Below are positions 33,955 to 43,782 of a stretch of DNA of 64,000 bases, piece after piece (the stretch's first letter is position 1; the number at the start of each line of letters is the position of its first letter). A program made the position numbers and the translations under genes. This stretch comes from an uncultured Acidobacteriota bacterium (GTDB lineage Bacteria; Acidobacteriota; Polarisedimenticolia; J045). The notes beneath the pieces were generated by a model. That model did no database searches, was not told where the DNA came from, and saw nothing but the letters and a program-made list of their open reading frames with translations. Location: positions 160,001 to 224,000 of the forward strand of contig CAVPCQ010000016.1 of assembly GCA_963702425.1 (NCBI GenBank). The letters are read 5' to 3'.

Positions 33955-35705
33955 ATGCCGCTCGAACCCGGAACGCTCGTCGGTCCCTACAAGATCGTCG
34001 TCCTCATCGGCACCGGTGGAATGGGTGAGGTCTACCAGGCGCGCGACACGCGGCTCGGACGCGAGGTCGCGCTCAAGGTGCTCCCCCCCGAGCGGGTCGC
34101 CGAGCCGGAGCGCCGGCAGCGGTTCCTCCAGGAGGCCCAGGCGGCCTCGATCCTCAACCACCCGAACATCGTCGCCATCTACGACATCGGCTCGCAGGAC
34201 GGTTTCGACTTCATCGCGATGGAGTTCGTCGACGGCCAGACGCTCGATCACCTGATCCCCAAGGGCGGAATGCGGGTCGAGCAGGCGCTCAGAATCGCGG
34301 TCCCGGTCGCCGACGCGCTGGCCCGGGCCCACGCTGCGGGGATCGTCCACCGCGACCTCAAGCCGGGAAACGTGATGGTGGCGCGGGACGGGCCGGTGAA
34401 GCTCGTCGACTTCGGCCTCGCCAAGCTGGGCCTGCGCCTCGGCTCCGGCGACGACGACTCGACGCGGACGGCGCTCTCGAGCGGCGCCCACACCGTGGAG
34501 GGGCGGATTCTCGGGACCGTCTCGTACATGTCACCCGAACAGGCGGAGGGGAAGAAGGTCGACGCGCGCTCGGACATCTTCAGCTTCGGCACGCTGCTCT
34601 ACGAAATGCTGACCGGCGAGCGGGCCTTCCGCGGGGACTCGACGCTCTCCACCCTCTCCGCGATCCTGACGCTCGAGCCGCGGCCGCTGCGCTCGATCGC
34701 GCCGGCGATCCCCCCCGAGATCGAGCGGGTCATCACGCGCTGCATCAGGAAGGACCCTGAAAAGCGCTGGCAGAACATGACCGACATCCGCGTGGCGCTG
34801 GCCGAGCTCAAGGAGGAAACGGAGTCCGGCACGCTGATCGCGCAGCGACGGCCGCGCGCCGGGGCGACCGGCGGCCGGACCCAGTGGCCGCTCATCGCCG
34901 GAGCGCTGGCCGGGCTGGCGCTGGTACTGGCGGGCGCCTGGTGGCTCATCCGCGGAGCGGCCCCGGAGGAGCCGGAGGCCGTTGCGGTGGCGGAGCAGGC
35001 TCTCACAGACGCCGCCGAAGGAAGCGCTCCGGGCCCCCTGCTCGCGCCGGAGGAGCCGGACGCCGCGGCCGCCCCGTCCGCCGCAGACGAGCGGGCCGCG
35101 GCCTCCGCCGGGGCGGTCCCGTCCGTCGCGCCGGAGACCCCGTCGGTCCCGGCTGGTCTTCCCGCCGCGGCCCCCAGGCCCCCCCCGAAGCCCCGGGAGC
35201 GGGCGCCGGGGACCCTGCCCGCAGCCGTCCCCCCCTCGCATCCCCTCCACCCCCACCCGCCCCGGAGCCGGCCCGGGTCGTGCTCCCCGAGGGAGCGCGA
35301 ATCGTCGTCGCCCTCGCCTCGGAGGTCCGGTCGTCGGGCGTGAAGCAGGGCGACCGCGTCGCGCTCGTCGTCAGCGAGGACGCGCAGATCGAGGGGACGG
35401 TCGTGGTCCGCAAGGGGACCCCGGCGACGGGCCAGATCCTCGACGTACAGCGCCGCAACGTCTTCGGCGGCGGCGGCCGGCTGGTGATGACGGTCCTCTG
35501 GACCACCGCGGTGGACGGCCAGGAGGTCCGCCTGCGTCCGGTGCCGACCCGCGGCGGCAGCAAGAAAGCCGAGGGGATCTCGCTGGTGCGCGAGAAGTCG
35601 GAGAAGGCGGGCCGCGGCGAAGACAAGCGCGAGATCGTGGTGCCGGCCGGGGCGTCCTACAACGCCTGGGTCGACTCGTCCAAGGAGATCGCCGCGCCGC
35701 GTTGA
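33955..35705 (+). CDS. Membrane Ser/Thr protein kinase with Pro/Ala linker and C-terminal beta-rich domain (frameshift in C-runs at ~35230-35260)
   Basis: IGTGGMGEVY, HRDLKPGN, DFGLAK, YMSPEQ, one TM helix; continuation VVLPEGARIVVALASEVRS...KGTPATG...GRL in the frame of 34884..35705. Confidence 0.8.
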
Positions 35706-35766
35706 GTGCGGGCCCGTTGCGACCCGGTGCGTTGGACGGCCGGGTGGACGCAAGGCACCATGGGCG

Positions 35767-36414
35767 ATGGCCGATCCCGATTCGCGAAGCGGCGCGCGCT
35801 ACGCGACTGCAGACATCCTCGACTGGGTCGCCAAGGTCCACGCCCCGCACGACGCGGGGTTGGCCCGGGCCTTCGCGACCCCTTCCGACATGCCGGCGAT
35901 CATGGTCGGTCCGAACGAGGGGCGCCTGTTGCACCTGCTCGTCCGTTTGATCGGCGCACGCAGGGTGGTCGAGGTCGGCACGCTGGCCGGCTACTCGACG
36001 ATCCACCTGGCGCGTGCGCTGCCCCCGGACGGACACCTCTGGACGGTGGAGTTCGAGCCGCGCCACGCCGAGCTGGCCCGCGCGAACCTCGCCGCCGCCG
36101 GCCTCGCGGAGCGGGTCACCGTCGTGGTCGGCGCCGGCACGAGCATCCTCCCCGGGCTCGAAGAGCACGGCCCCTTCGACGCGGTCTTCCTCGACGCCGA
36201 CAAGGCCAACTACGACCGCTACGCCCGGTGGGCGATTGCGAACCTGCGGCCGGGCGGCCTCGTGCTCGGAGACAACGCGTTCCTGTTCGGCGAACTGCTG
36301 GACGACGACGAGCGCGCACGGGCGATGCGCGCCTTCCACGAGATCGTTGCCGCAGCCTGCGATTCGGTCTGCATCCCGACCCCGGATGGACTGTTGCTCG
36401 GGATCAAGCGGTAG
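35767..36414 (+). CDS. SAM-dependent O-methyltransferase (caffeoyl-CoA/COMT-like family)
   Basis: VEVGTLAGYST, FDAVFLDADKANY, LRPGGLVLGDN. Confidence 0.9.
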   Translation: MADPDSRSGARYATADILDWVAKVHAPHDAGLARAFATPSDMPAIMVGPNEGRLLHLLVRLIGARRVVEVGTLAGYSTIHLARALPPDGHLWTVEFEPRHAELARANLAAAGLAERVTVVVGAGTSILPGLEEHGPFDAVFLDADKANYDRYARWAIANLRPGGLVLGDNAFLFGELLDDDERARAMRAFHEIVAAACDSVCIPTPDGLLLGIKR

Positions 36415-37177
36415 GCACCCGCTGCCGCCGCAGCAGCATGCGATAGACGACGTAGATCGCGGCCGCGGCCAGCAGGTGCTTGAGGGTGTGGCCGCTGACG
36501 CGGCCGCCGAGCATCGCCGCGATCGGGTGATCCAGGCGCTCGGCCGCCATCGCGCCGCCGTACAGCGCCGCAGCGCCGTACAACCAAGAACCGAGCGTGT
36601 AGGGCGAGCGGATCAGCGCGGTGGCCGCGAGGGTGACTGCGAGGAACCCGACCTGGGCCGCCAGGTAGGGCGCGACGTTCCCGCGGAGCGCCCAAAAGAC
36701 GACGGAACCGACGCCGCTGGCCGCCAGCGCACAGGGCAGCAGCCAGCCCGGCCGGACGGTGCGATCGGCGAGCGTGCCCGCGACCAGGCCGGCGAAGCCG
36801 AGCGCCATCGGCAGCCGGTCCCAGACCAGCGTCGCGTCCCTTGGATCGAGGTGGTAGACGGCGGACCCGAGCGCGGTCAGCGCCACGCCGCAGAACATCG
36901 CGAGCCACGACGCACGCGCCGCGCGCGGCGTCGCGCCGCGCGCCATCGCTCTCGGCAGCGCGTTGAGACCGAGCAGGCCGACCACCAGGAACGGCAGGTT
37001 GGAGATCACGTCGAAGGCGTGCGGCACTCCCCACAGCGTGCGTTGATCGGCGAACGCGTGATAGGACTGCGGCTGCGCGATCGGGGGGAGCGCCGCGGCA
37101 ACGAGCCACGGCGCCGAGGCGGCGCAGCAGGCCAGGACGGCGACTCCGGCGGAAGGACGACTGAGCCCGCGCCCCAC
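36404..37177 (-). CDS. Ceramidase-like (CREST) membrane protein
   Basis: QPQSYHAFADQR, SNLPF, GSAVYHL, LVWDRLPM, SGHTLKHL; start estimated. Confidence 0.75.
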   Translation of the reverse strand: MGRGLSRPSAGVAVLACCAASAPWLVAAALPPIAQPQSYHAFADQRTLWGVPHAFDVISNLPFLVVGLLGLNALPRAMARGATPRAARASWLAMFCGVALTALGSAVYHLDPRDATLVWDRLPMALGFAGLVAGTLADRTVRPGWLLPCALAASGVGSVVFWALRGNVAPYLAAQVGFLAVTLAATALIRSPYTLGSWLYGAAALYGGAMAAERLDHPIAAMLGGRVSGHTLKHLLAAAAIYVVYRMLLRRQRVPTA

Positions 37178-37274
37178 GATGGCGTGAGCGTAGCACGGTG
37201 CCGCTGGAGTCGGCGGCGGCGGATTCCGTTCGCGTCGCGATCGAGGCGAGTCGTTCCCTGGTTCGTGAAACGAC

Positions 37275-37351
37275 TGGTCGGGGCGGCCGGATTTGAACCG
37301 GCGACCACCTGCTCCCAAAACAGGTGCGCTACCAGGCTGCGCCACGCCCCG
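37275..37351 (-). tRNA. tRNA-Pro(TGG)
   Basis: CGGGGCGTGGCGCAGCCTGGTAGCGC, anticodon TGG, GGTTCAAATCC, CCA end. Confidence 0.93.
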
Positions 37352-37373
37352 ACGGCGTCCGGAGCGGATAAGC

Positions 37374-37829
37374 CTAGCGGTCGCGCCGCTCCCAGTCGAA
37401 CGGGATCTCGTTCATCTCGGGATCGATCCGGTCCTCGTCGGGCAGCTTCGGGTCGTGCGGGCGATCGGTCACGACGATCACCAGCGACTCGACCAGGCCG
37501 CAGCCCTTCAGCCCGAACCAGACACCGGGCGGGATCGTCACCGCCAGCGGTGCGTGGTCGCCCAGGAAGAACTGGTTCAGCTCGTTCTCGGTCTTGGACC
37601 CCTCGCGCCCGTCGAAGAGCCCGATCCGCACCTGCCCGGCGACGACGGCGAGCGTGTCGGTGCGGTGCCGGTGCCGGTGCCAGGCCTTGACCACCCCCGG
37701 AAAGAGGGTCGTCAGGTGGACCTGGCCGGCGACGTGGCCGGCCGGCCCGTCGGCGCGGAACAACTCGACGACCCGGCCGCGCTCGTCGGCTTTCGGCTCG
37801 AGGGTGTGAACGACGACCCCTTCGATCAT
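37374..37829 (-). CDS. dTDP-4-dehydrorhamnose 3,5-epimerase-family cupin
   Basis: DERG, PGVVKAWHRH, IPPGVWFG, PDEDRIDP. Confidence 0.8.
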   Translation of the reverse strand: MIEGVVVHTLEPKADERGRVVELFRADGPAGHVAGQVHLTTLFPGVVKAWHRHRHRTDTLAVVAGQVRIGLFDGREGSKTENELNQFFLGDHAPLAVTIPPGVWFGLKGCGLVESLVIVVTDRPHDPKLPDEDRIDPEMNEIPFDWERRDR

Positions 37830-37942
37830 GGGCGCTCCGGGCGCCGGGTGGTGAAGGCGCGCCGGGGATGGTAGAAACCGCCCCCGCGCCCCGTCAACCG
37901 CGGCGCCCGTGCGCCGCCCCTCGGCGCCGGCGGGAGACGACG

Positions 37943-39016
37943 ATGGAAATCTCGCTTTGCGGCCTGCCCCACTCGGGCAAGACGACGCTCTGGAGCATCC
38001 TGACCGGCACCGCGCTGCCCGAGGGGGGGAAGGTCGAGACCCGTCGCGGCATCGCCAAGGTGCCCGACGCCCGGCTCGACCGGATGGTGCCGCTCTTCAA
38101 GCCGAAGAAGACGACCTACGCCACGGTCACGTACGTCGACCCCGCCCCGCTGGAGAAGGGCGCCGGCAAGGCCGACAACCCGCTGCTCGCGCCGCTGCGC
38201 ACCGCCGACGCGCTGCTGCTCGTGCTGCGCGCCTGGGACGATCCGTCCGATCCGCACCCGGACGGCTCGGTCGACCCGGCGCGCGACCTGTCGCTGGTGG
38301 AGACGGAGTTCCTGCTGGCCGACCTCGACGTCGCGCAGCGCCGGCTCGAGCGGCTCGAGGCGATCATCAAGAAGGCCGGCAAGGACGAGGACAAGCGCGA
38401 GCAGGAGATCCTCACGCGCGCGGTCCGGCAGCTCGAGAAGGAGGTCCCGCTGCGCGCGGCGCTGTCCGAGGACGAGCTGCGCGCGGTGCGCAGCTACGCC
38501 TTCCTGACCGCCAAGCCGCTGCTCGTTGCCGTCAACCTCGACGAGGACCGGACCGGCGAGTTCGGCCAGGGACCGGAGGCCTTCGGGCTCGGCACGCTGA
38601 CCGGCCGCCCGGGGACCGAGTTCGTCGCGCTCTCGGCCAAGATCGAGCGCGAGATCGCCTCCCTGTCGGCAGCCGACGCCGCGGCGTTCCGCGCCGACCT
38701 CGGGATCGGGGAACCGGCGCTCGAACGGCTGATCCGTGCCAGCTACCACCTGCTGGGCTACATCTCGTTCCTGACGGTCGGCGACGACGAGTGCCGCACC
38801 TGGTCGATCCGGGCCGGCACCCCGGCGCGCGGGGCGGCGGGGGCGGTCCATTCGGACATCGAAAAGGGGTTCATCCGCGCTGAAGTCGTACCCTGGGACA
38901 AGCTGCTCGAGGCCGGCTCGCTGGCGACGGCCCGTGAGAAGGCGTGGCTGCGGCTCGAGGGGAAGGAGTACGTCGTGCAGGACGGCGACGTCGTCCACTT
39001 CCGGCACTCGGGCTGA
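37943..39016 (+). CDS. ychF: YchF/Obg-like ATPase (DUF933 C-terminus)
   Basis: GLPHSGKTT, KVPDARLD, FLTAKP, AAGAVHSDIEKGFIRAEV, LEGKEYVVQDGD. Confidence 0.85.
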   Translation: MEISLCGLPHSGKTTLWSILTGTALPEGGKVETRRGIAKVPDARLDRMVPLFKPKKTTYATVTYVDPAPLEKGAGKADNPLLAPLRTADALLLVLRAWDDPSDPHPDGSVDPARDLSLVETEFLLADLDVAQRRLERLEAIIKKAGKDEDKREQEILTRAVRQLEKEVPLRAALSEDELRAVRSYAFLTAKPLLVAVNLDEDRTGEFGQGPEAFGLGTLTGRPGTEFVALSAKIEREIASLSAADAAAFRADLGIGEPALERLIRASYHLLGYISFLTVGDDECRTWSIRAGTPARGAAGAVHSDIEKGFIRAEVVPWDKLLEAGSLATAREKAWLRLEGKEYVVQDGDVVHFRHSG

Positions 39017-39126
39017 GACGCGTGCCGGCAGCGGCGCAGATCTGCAACGACCTGGTCGAGGCGAGCGAGATCAGCGACGAGGTGTCGGCTCCGCTCCCGT
39101 GAACCGGCCGGGCCCTCCGACGGGCC

Positions 39127-41301
39127 CTACCCCAGCCCTGCCAGCAGCGCCTGGAAGCGCGGCAGCCCGCGCAGCGCGTCGAGGTTGCTGTCGTGCTCGA
39201 ACCAGCCACGCTGGGTCAGGCCGCCCGCCACGGCCCGCTCGAGCACGGCGAGCGCCGCCTCGGAATCGCCCGCCATCGAGTAGATGCAGCCGACGTTGTA
39301 GAGCAGCATCGGCTCGTTCGGCTCCTCGGCCTCGGCCAGCCGCGCCCACTCGATCCCGCGCGCCGTCGAGCCGAGCGCGACCAGCGCGTTGGCTCCCATG
39401 TAGCGCGCGCGGGTGTCGTCGGGCTGCCGGTCCAGCCGCTCCTCCACCTTTTTGAGGCCGCGGCGATAGGCCGCCTCCGCCTCCCGCTTCCGCCCGAGGT
39501 CGGCCAGGATCTGCGCGCTGAGCAACGGCGACTGGTAGTCCTCGGGGTGGAAGACCTCCGCCAGCTCGTAGCGGCGGGCCGCCTCCTCCGCCTTGCCGGA
39601 CGCGAACAGGTGGCGCGCGTAGAGGTACTGGGCCTCGAACAGGCCGGGGTCGAGCTCCAGCGCGCGGCGGAACGCGGTCTCGGCCTCGGCCTCGCGACCG
39701 GCGGTCGACATCGCGACGCCGAAGGAGGTCTGGGCCTCGGCCAGATCGGGGTCGAGCGCCAGCGCCTTGCGCGCCGCCTCCTCGGCCTGCGCGATTTGCT
39801 CGGGGACGCGGGCGACGTAGAGGTAGAAGAAGCAGTGGCAGAGCGCGATCCCGGCCCAGGCCCGCGCGTAGGACGGATCGAGCTCCAGCGCGCGCCGGAA
39901 CAGCTCGATCGCGTACTCGACGCCGCGACGCCGGTACTGGAAGTAATAGCTGCGGGCGCGCAGGCAGCACTCGTAGGCCTGAAGGTCGCGCGTCGGCGGC
40001 CGGCCGAGCGCCTCCTGCTCGCCGTGCGTCAGGGTCACCTCGAGCGCGTCGGCGATCGCGCGCGCGATCTCCTCCTGGATCGCGAAGACGTCCTCGAGCT
40101 GGCGGTCGAAGGTCTCGGACCAGAGGTTGAAACCGCTCGCCGTATCGACCAGCTCGGCGGTCACGCGCAGGTGCTCCCCGGCCTTGCGCACGCTCCCCTC
40201 GAGCAGCGCCTGCACCGCGAGCCGCCGCCCGATCTCCCGCGTGTCGAGCCCCGCCCCGCGCAGCCGGAACGAAGCGGTCCGCGAGGCCACCGACAGCCCG
40301 CCGATCCGCGCCAGCGCAGCGATGATCTCGTCGGCCATGCCGTCGCAGAACCACTCCTGGTCGCGCTCCTGGCTGTTGTCGGTGAACGGCATCACCGCCA
40401 CCGAGGGGCCGGCGGCCGCGACGGGCAGCGGGGGAAGCGGCTCGGCCCGCCCCTGGCGGGCCGCGTCGAGCGCCTCGCGCAGCGCCGCCGCGCCCGCGAA
40501 ACGGCGCGCTGGGTCCTTGTCGAGGCAGCGCAGGACGACCCGGTCGAGCTCCGGGGGCAGGTCGGGGCGCAGCGCCGAGGGGGGCGGCGGCTCGTCGCGC
40601 AGGATCGACGCCAGGATCTCGATCGCGCCCGCGCCTTCGAACGGCCGCCGCCCGGTCGCCATCTCGTAGAGCAGGACGCCGAACGAGAAAACGTCCGCGC
40701 GCTCGTCGGCCGTCTCGCCGCGGACCAGCTCCGGCGCCATGTAGGGGATCGTGCCGGTCAGGCCGAGCGGAACCATCGTCGCGGTCGGCGCCTCGGCGGC
40801 GTCCTGGCGCGGCGGCGACGCGGGGGGATTCCGCTGGGCGATGCCGAAGTCGAGGATCTTCGGCCGGCCGTCCTCGGTGACGACGACGTTGGCCGGCTTG
40901 AGGTCGCGGTGGACGACGCCGCGGCCATGGGCGGCCGCGAGCGCGTCGGCCAGCGGCAGCGCGATCGCGAACAGTTGCTCGAGGGCCATCCCCCGTTCCG
41001 GGATCAGCGACGCAAGCACGCGGCCCTTGACCAGCTCCATCACCACGAAGCGGTGCGCGCCGGCATCCTCGACCGCATACACCGTGACGATGTTCGGGTG
41101 GTTGAGCGCGGCCAGCAGGCGCGCCTCGCGCTCGAGCCGCAGCAGGGCGTCCGGCGTCAGCGCGATCCGGTCGGGCAGCAGCTTGATCGCCACCTCGCGT
41201 CCGAGCCGGGTATCGAGCGCGCGCCAGACGACGCCCTCTCCACCTCCGCCGAGGCTGTCGAGGAAGCGGTAGTGGAGCAGCTTGTCGCCGGGTCGGATCA
41301 C
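39127..41301 (-). CDS. Ser/Thr kinase plus TolB-N-like domain and TPR repeats
   Basis: HRDLKPAN, DFGIA, YMAPE; SVAVMPF..DGMADEII..LEGSVRK; C-terminal TPRs. Confidence 0.88.
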   Translation of the reverse strand: MIRPGDKLLHYRFLDSLGGGGEGVVWRALDTRLGREVAIKLLPDRIALTPDALLRLEREARLLAALNHPNIVTVYAVEDAGAHRFVVMELVKGRVLASLIPERGMALEQLFAIALPLADALAAAHGRGVVHRDLKPANVVVTEDGRPKILDFGIAQRNPPASPPRQDAAEAPTATMVPLGLTGTIPYMAPELVRGETADERADVFSFGVLLYEMATGRRPFEGAGAIEILASILRDEPPPPSALRPDLPPELDRVVLRCLDKDPARRFAGAAALREALDAARQGRAEPLPPLPVAAAGPSVAVMPFTDNSQERDQEWFCDGMADEIIAALARIGGLSVASRTASFRLRGAGLDTREIGRRLAVQALLEGSVRKAGEHLRVTAELVDTASGFNLWSETFDRQLEDVFAIQEEIARAIADALEVTLTHGEQEALGRPPTRDLQAYECCLRARSYYFQYRRRGVEYAIELFRRALELDPSYARAWAGIALCHCFFYLYVARVPEQIAQAEEAARKALALDPDLAEAQTSFGVAMSTAGREAEAETAFRRALELDPGLFEAQYLYARHLFASGKAEEAARRYELAEVFHPEDYQSPLLSAQILADLGRKREAEAAYRRGLKKVEERLDRQPDDTRARYMGANALVALGSTARGIEWARLAEAEEPNEPMLLYNVGCIYSMAGDSEAALAVLERAVAGGLTQRGWFEHDSNLDALRGLPRFQALLAGLG

Positions 41302-41403
41302 GGGGACTCCGGGGCGGGAACCGGGACCCAGTCTACGGCAGGGCGACGGCGGCGGGGTGGCAGACGCGGCGATCGACGCAACGAACGGCAGCGGAGAACG
41401 GGG

Positions 41404-41827
41404 TCAGGGGACGACCGTCAGCCCCAGCGCCTCGGCGTTGCGACGGATCCGGTCGTCGATGCTGAGCATGGCCAGCCGGCGCAGCGCCGGCAGCGCAGCG
41501 AGTGCGCTCGCCAGGTGGATCGCGTCCAGGGTCCGCACCGGCTCGAGCGGGAACGTGGCCCGGGCTCGCGCCATCACGTCGGGGCTGATGCGCATCCACG
41601 ACCACCCGGCAGCCGTTCGGCCGAAGAATCCCGCGACGCACCATCGCCTCCGCCTCCGTCAGGCGCTTGAGTTCGACCGCGCGCCGCAGGGCGCGATCGC
41701 TCTCGAGGTGCGTGAGATCCGACGCGATGACCGCCTCGGCTCCCGCGAGGGCCTCGCGGATGACGGGAGCGCTGTCCTCCAGCAGCAGCCAGGCGGCGAC
41801 GGCGCTGGACTCGGCGTAGAGGATCAT
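41404..41827 (-). CDS. vapC: VapC-like PIN-domain toxin (frameshift near 41625)
   Basis: N-terminal MILYAESSAVAAWLL in one frame; PVRTLDAIHLASAL..SIDDRIRRNAEALG in another. Confidence 0.75.
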
Positions 41828-42114
41828 CGATCGCTCCGGAGGTCGTCGAAGAGTTCCCGGAACTCCTCAGCGGTGAGCAGCGGTTCGAAGAGCGGGTAGC
41901 CGTCCGGGTCGTTCCCCGTGCCGAGCGTCACCAGCCCGGCCGCGGCCATCTCCTCGAGCTTCGAGGGGAGTTGCGGCTCGGCCGGACGGCGAGGCGGGCC
42001 GAGCTCCGCGACAACCACGCCCCGGTCGGTGACGAGCACCGTCTCCCCCTCCCGCACCCGTCGGAGGTACTCGCTGAGCCGCGCCTTGAGGTCGCGCACG
42101 CCGATGGCGATCAT
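41824..42114 (-). CDS. Phd/YefM-family antitoxin
   Basis: MIAIGVRDLKARLSEYLRRVREGETVLVTDRG; ATGA overlap with the toxin. Confidence 0.88.
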   Translation of the reverse strand: MIAIGVRDLKARLSEYLRRVREGETVLVTDRGVVVAELGPPRRPAEPQLPSKLEEMAAAGLVTLGTGNDPDGYPLFEPLLTAEEFRELFDDLRSDR

Positions 42115-42120
42115 GCAACC

Positions 42121-42140
42121 ATTATAGTCTCGTGTGACTA
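42121..42140 (-). promoter_or_regulatory. TA promoter -10 (TATAAT) with overlapping palindromic operator
   Basis: ATTATA at 42121-42126 reads TATAAT on the minus strand, 6 nt before the ATG; TAGTC-N6-GACTA at 42125-42140. Confidence 0.65.
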
Positions 42141-42253
42141 CACTCACAACGATCCCCTTCTGCATCGGAGCCTGGGGCGCGAACGGACGTTGCGCTACCG
42201 CATCCGGCGAGGATCCTCCCGGGGGCGGGAATCGTGCGCATGCGGCGGGGCAG

Positions 42254-43630
42254 CTATACCGTCACCGCCCCCGCCACCGCCTCCGCAACGATCGCCGCCT
42301 CGCCCGGCAGCAGCGTGCGCGGGTCGAACAGCAGCGCGCCGTCCTCGACGCGCGCCACGACCGGCGGCTCGTGCCCCCGCAGCCGCGTCAGCAGCGCATC
42401 GTCGGAGAGGCCGGCCGGCGGGCGCACCGACACGAGCGTCGTCGGCAGGTCCTCCTCCGGCGCCGCCCCGCCGCCGACGCGCGACACGCCGGCGATCGTC
42501 TCCACCGCGAGGCCCGGCGCCGCCGCGCGCAGCGCCGCCGCCAGGTCGTCCGCCGCCGCGCGCAGCTCGCCCTCCGACAGCGACAGCATCCGCGCCGCCG
42601 GCAGCTCCGCCGCAGGGTCGGCCGCCATCGCGCCGAGCGCGGTCGCGGCCAGCGCCGCCAGCGTCAGCTTGTCGGGGCGCAGCGCGCGCGCCAGCGGGTG
42701 CTTCGCGCAGCGCGCGACCAGCTCGCGCCGGCCGACCAGCACGCCGGCCTGCGGCCCGCCGAGCATCTTGTCGCCGGAGAAACAGACCAGGTCGGCGCCC
42801 TCCTCGAGCAGCTCCTCGACCGACAGCTCGCTGGCAGGCCCGGCGCTGTCGCGGAACAGTCGGCCGCAGCCCTGGTCGGCCAGCACCGGCACGCCGGCCT
42901 CCTTTCCCAGCGCGGCCAGCTCCGCCACCGGCACCTGGTGCGTAAAGCCGACGATCCGGTAGTTGCTCGGCCAGACGCGCAGGATCAGCCCGGTGTCGCC
43001 CGAGATCGCGCCCTGGAAATCGGCGAGGTGCGTGCGGTTGGTCGTGCCGACCTCGCGCAGCAGCGCGCCCGAGCACTCCATGATCTCGGGGATCCGGAAC
43101 GAGCCGCCGATCTCGATCAGCTCGCCGCGGCTGATCAGCACGTCCTTCCCCTTCGCCAACGCCGACAGCGCGAGCAGCAGCGCCGCGGCGTTGTTGTTGA
43201 CGACATGCGCCGTGAAGCCCGGGAAGAGCAGCCCCAGCAGCTCGTCGACGTGGTCGGCGCGGTGGCCGCGCGTCCCCTGCGCGACGTCGTACTCGAGGTT
43301 CGAGTAGCCGGTCGCGGCGTGCTCGATCCACGCCCGCGCTCGCGGGCCGAGCGGCGCGCGCCCGAGGTTGGTGTGGATCACGACCCCGGTCGCGTTGATC
43401 ACGCGCCGCGGCCGGGGCCGGGCCAGCGCCGCCAGTCGCGCCGCGCAGGCAGCGGCCAGCTCGTCCTCCGTGGGCGCCGCTTCACCGCCGCCGATCGCCG
43501 CGCGGGCGGCGTCCAGGGCGCCCCGCAGGACGGCCAGCAGGGCCCGCCGGGACCAGGCGGCGGCCGGCTCAGCGAGGGCCGGGTGGGCGAGCAGGCGGTC
43601 GACGGACGGGAGCTGGCGACGCGGGTCCAT
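42254..43630 (-). CDS. selA: L-seryl-tRNA(Sec) selenium transferase
   Basis: VINATGVVIHTNLGRAPL, VNNNAAA, EIGGSFRIP, EVGTTNRT, FSGDKMLGGPQAG. Confidence 0.95.
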   Translation of the reverse strand: MDPRRQLPSVDRLLAHPALAEPAAAWSRRALLAVLRGALDAARAAIGGGEAAPTEDELAAACAARLAALARPRPRRVINATGVVIHTNLGRAPLGPRARAWIEHAATGYSNLEYDVAQGTRGHRADHVDELLGLLFPGFTAHVVNNNAAALLLALSALAKGKDVLISRGELIEIGGSFRIPEIMECSGALLREVGTTNRTHLADFQGAISGDTGLILRVWPSNYRIVGFTHQVPVAELAALGKEAGVPVLADQGCGRLFRDSAGPASELSVEELLEEGADLVCFSGDKMLGGPQAGVLVGRRELVARCAKHPLARALRPDKLTLAALAATALGAMAADPAAELPAARMLSLSEGELRAAADDLAAALRAAAPGLAVETIAGVSRVGGGAAPEEDLPTTLVSVRPPAGLSDDALLTRLRGHEPPVVARVEDGALLFDPRTLLPGEAAIVAEAVAGAVTV

Positions 43631-43782
43631 GCCGCCATTCTCGCCGCCCGATCCCGGGTTGGAAACGGCCCGTCGGCCCGGCGGGCCGCCGGGCTGGCCT
43701 CGCCGCCCGGCCGGACCCACCTTCTCCGGGAAGGGCCCGCGCGGCCGGACGGCCCGCCCCGCGCCCTTTCCCGAGGACCCTC

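Noticed and set aside
37178-37345. N-terminal extension of the 36404..37345 ORF
   Set aside because: Overlaps tRNA-Pro; the real start is downstream
31503-37351. Prophage or integrative element at the tRNAs
   Set aside because: No integrase, phage genes or att-like duplicated tRNA ends were seen
42254-43630. Selenoprotein gene or tRNA-Sec near selA
   Set aside because: No in-frame TGA at a catalytic Cys position and no tRNA-Sec was recognised in the window
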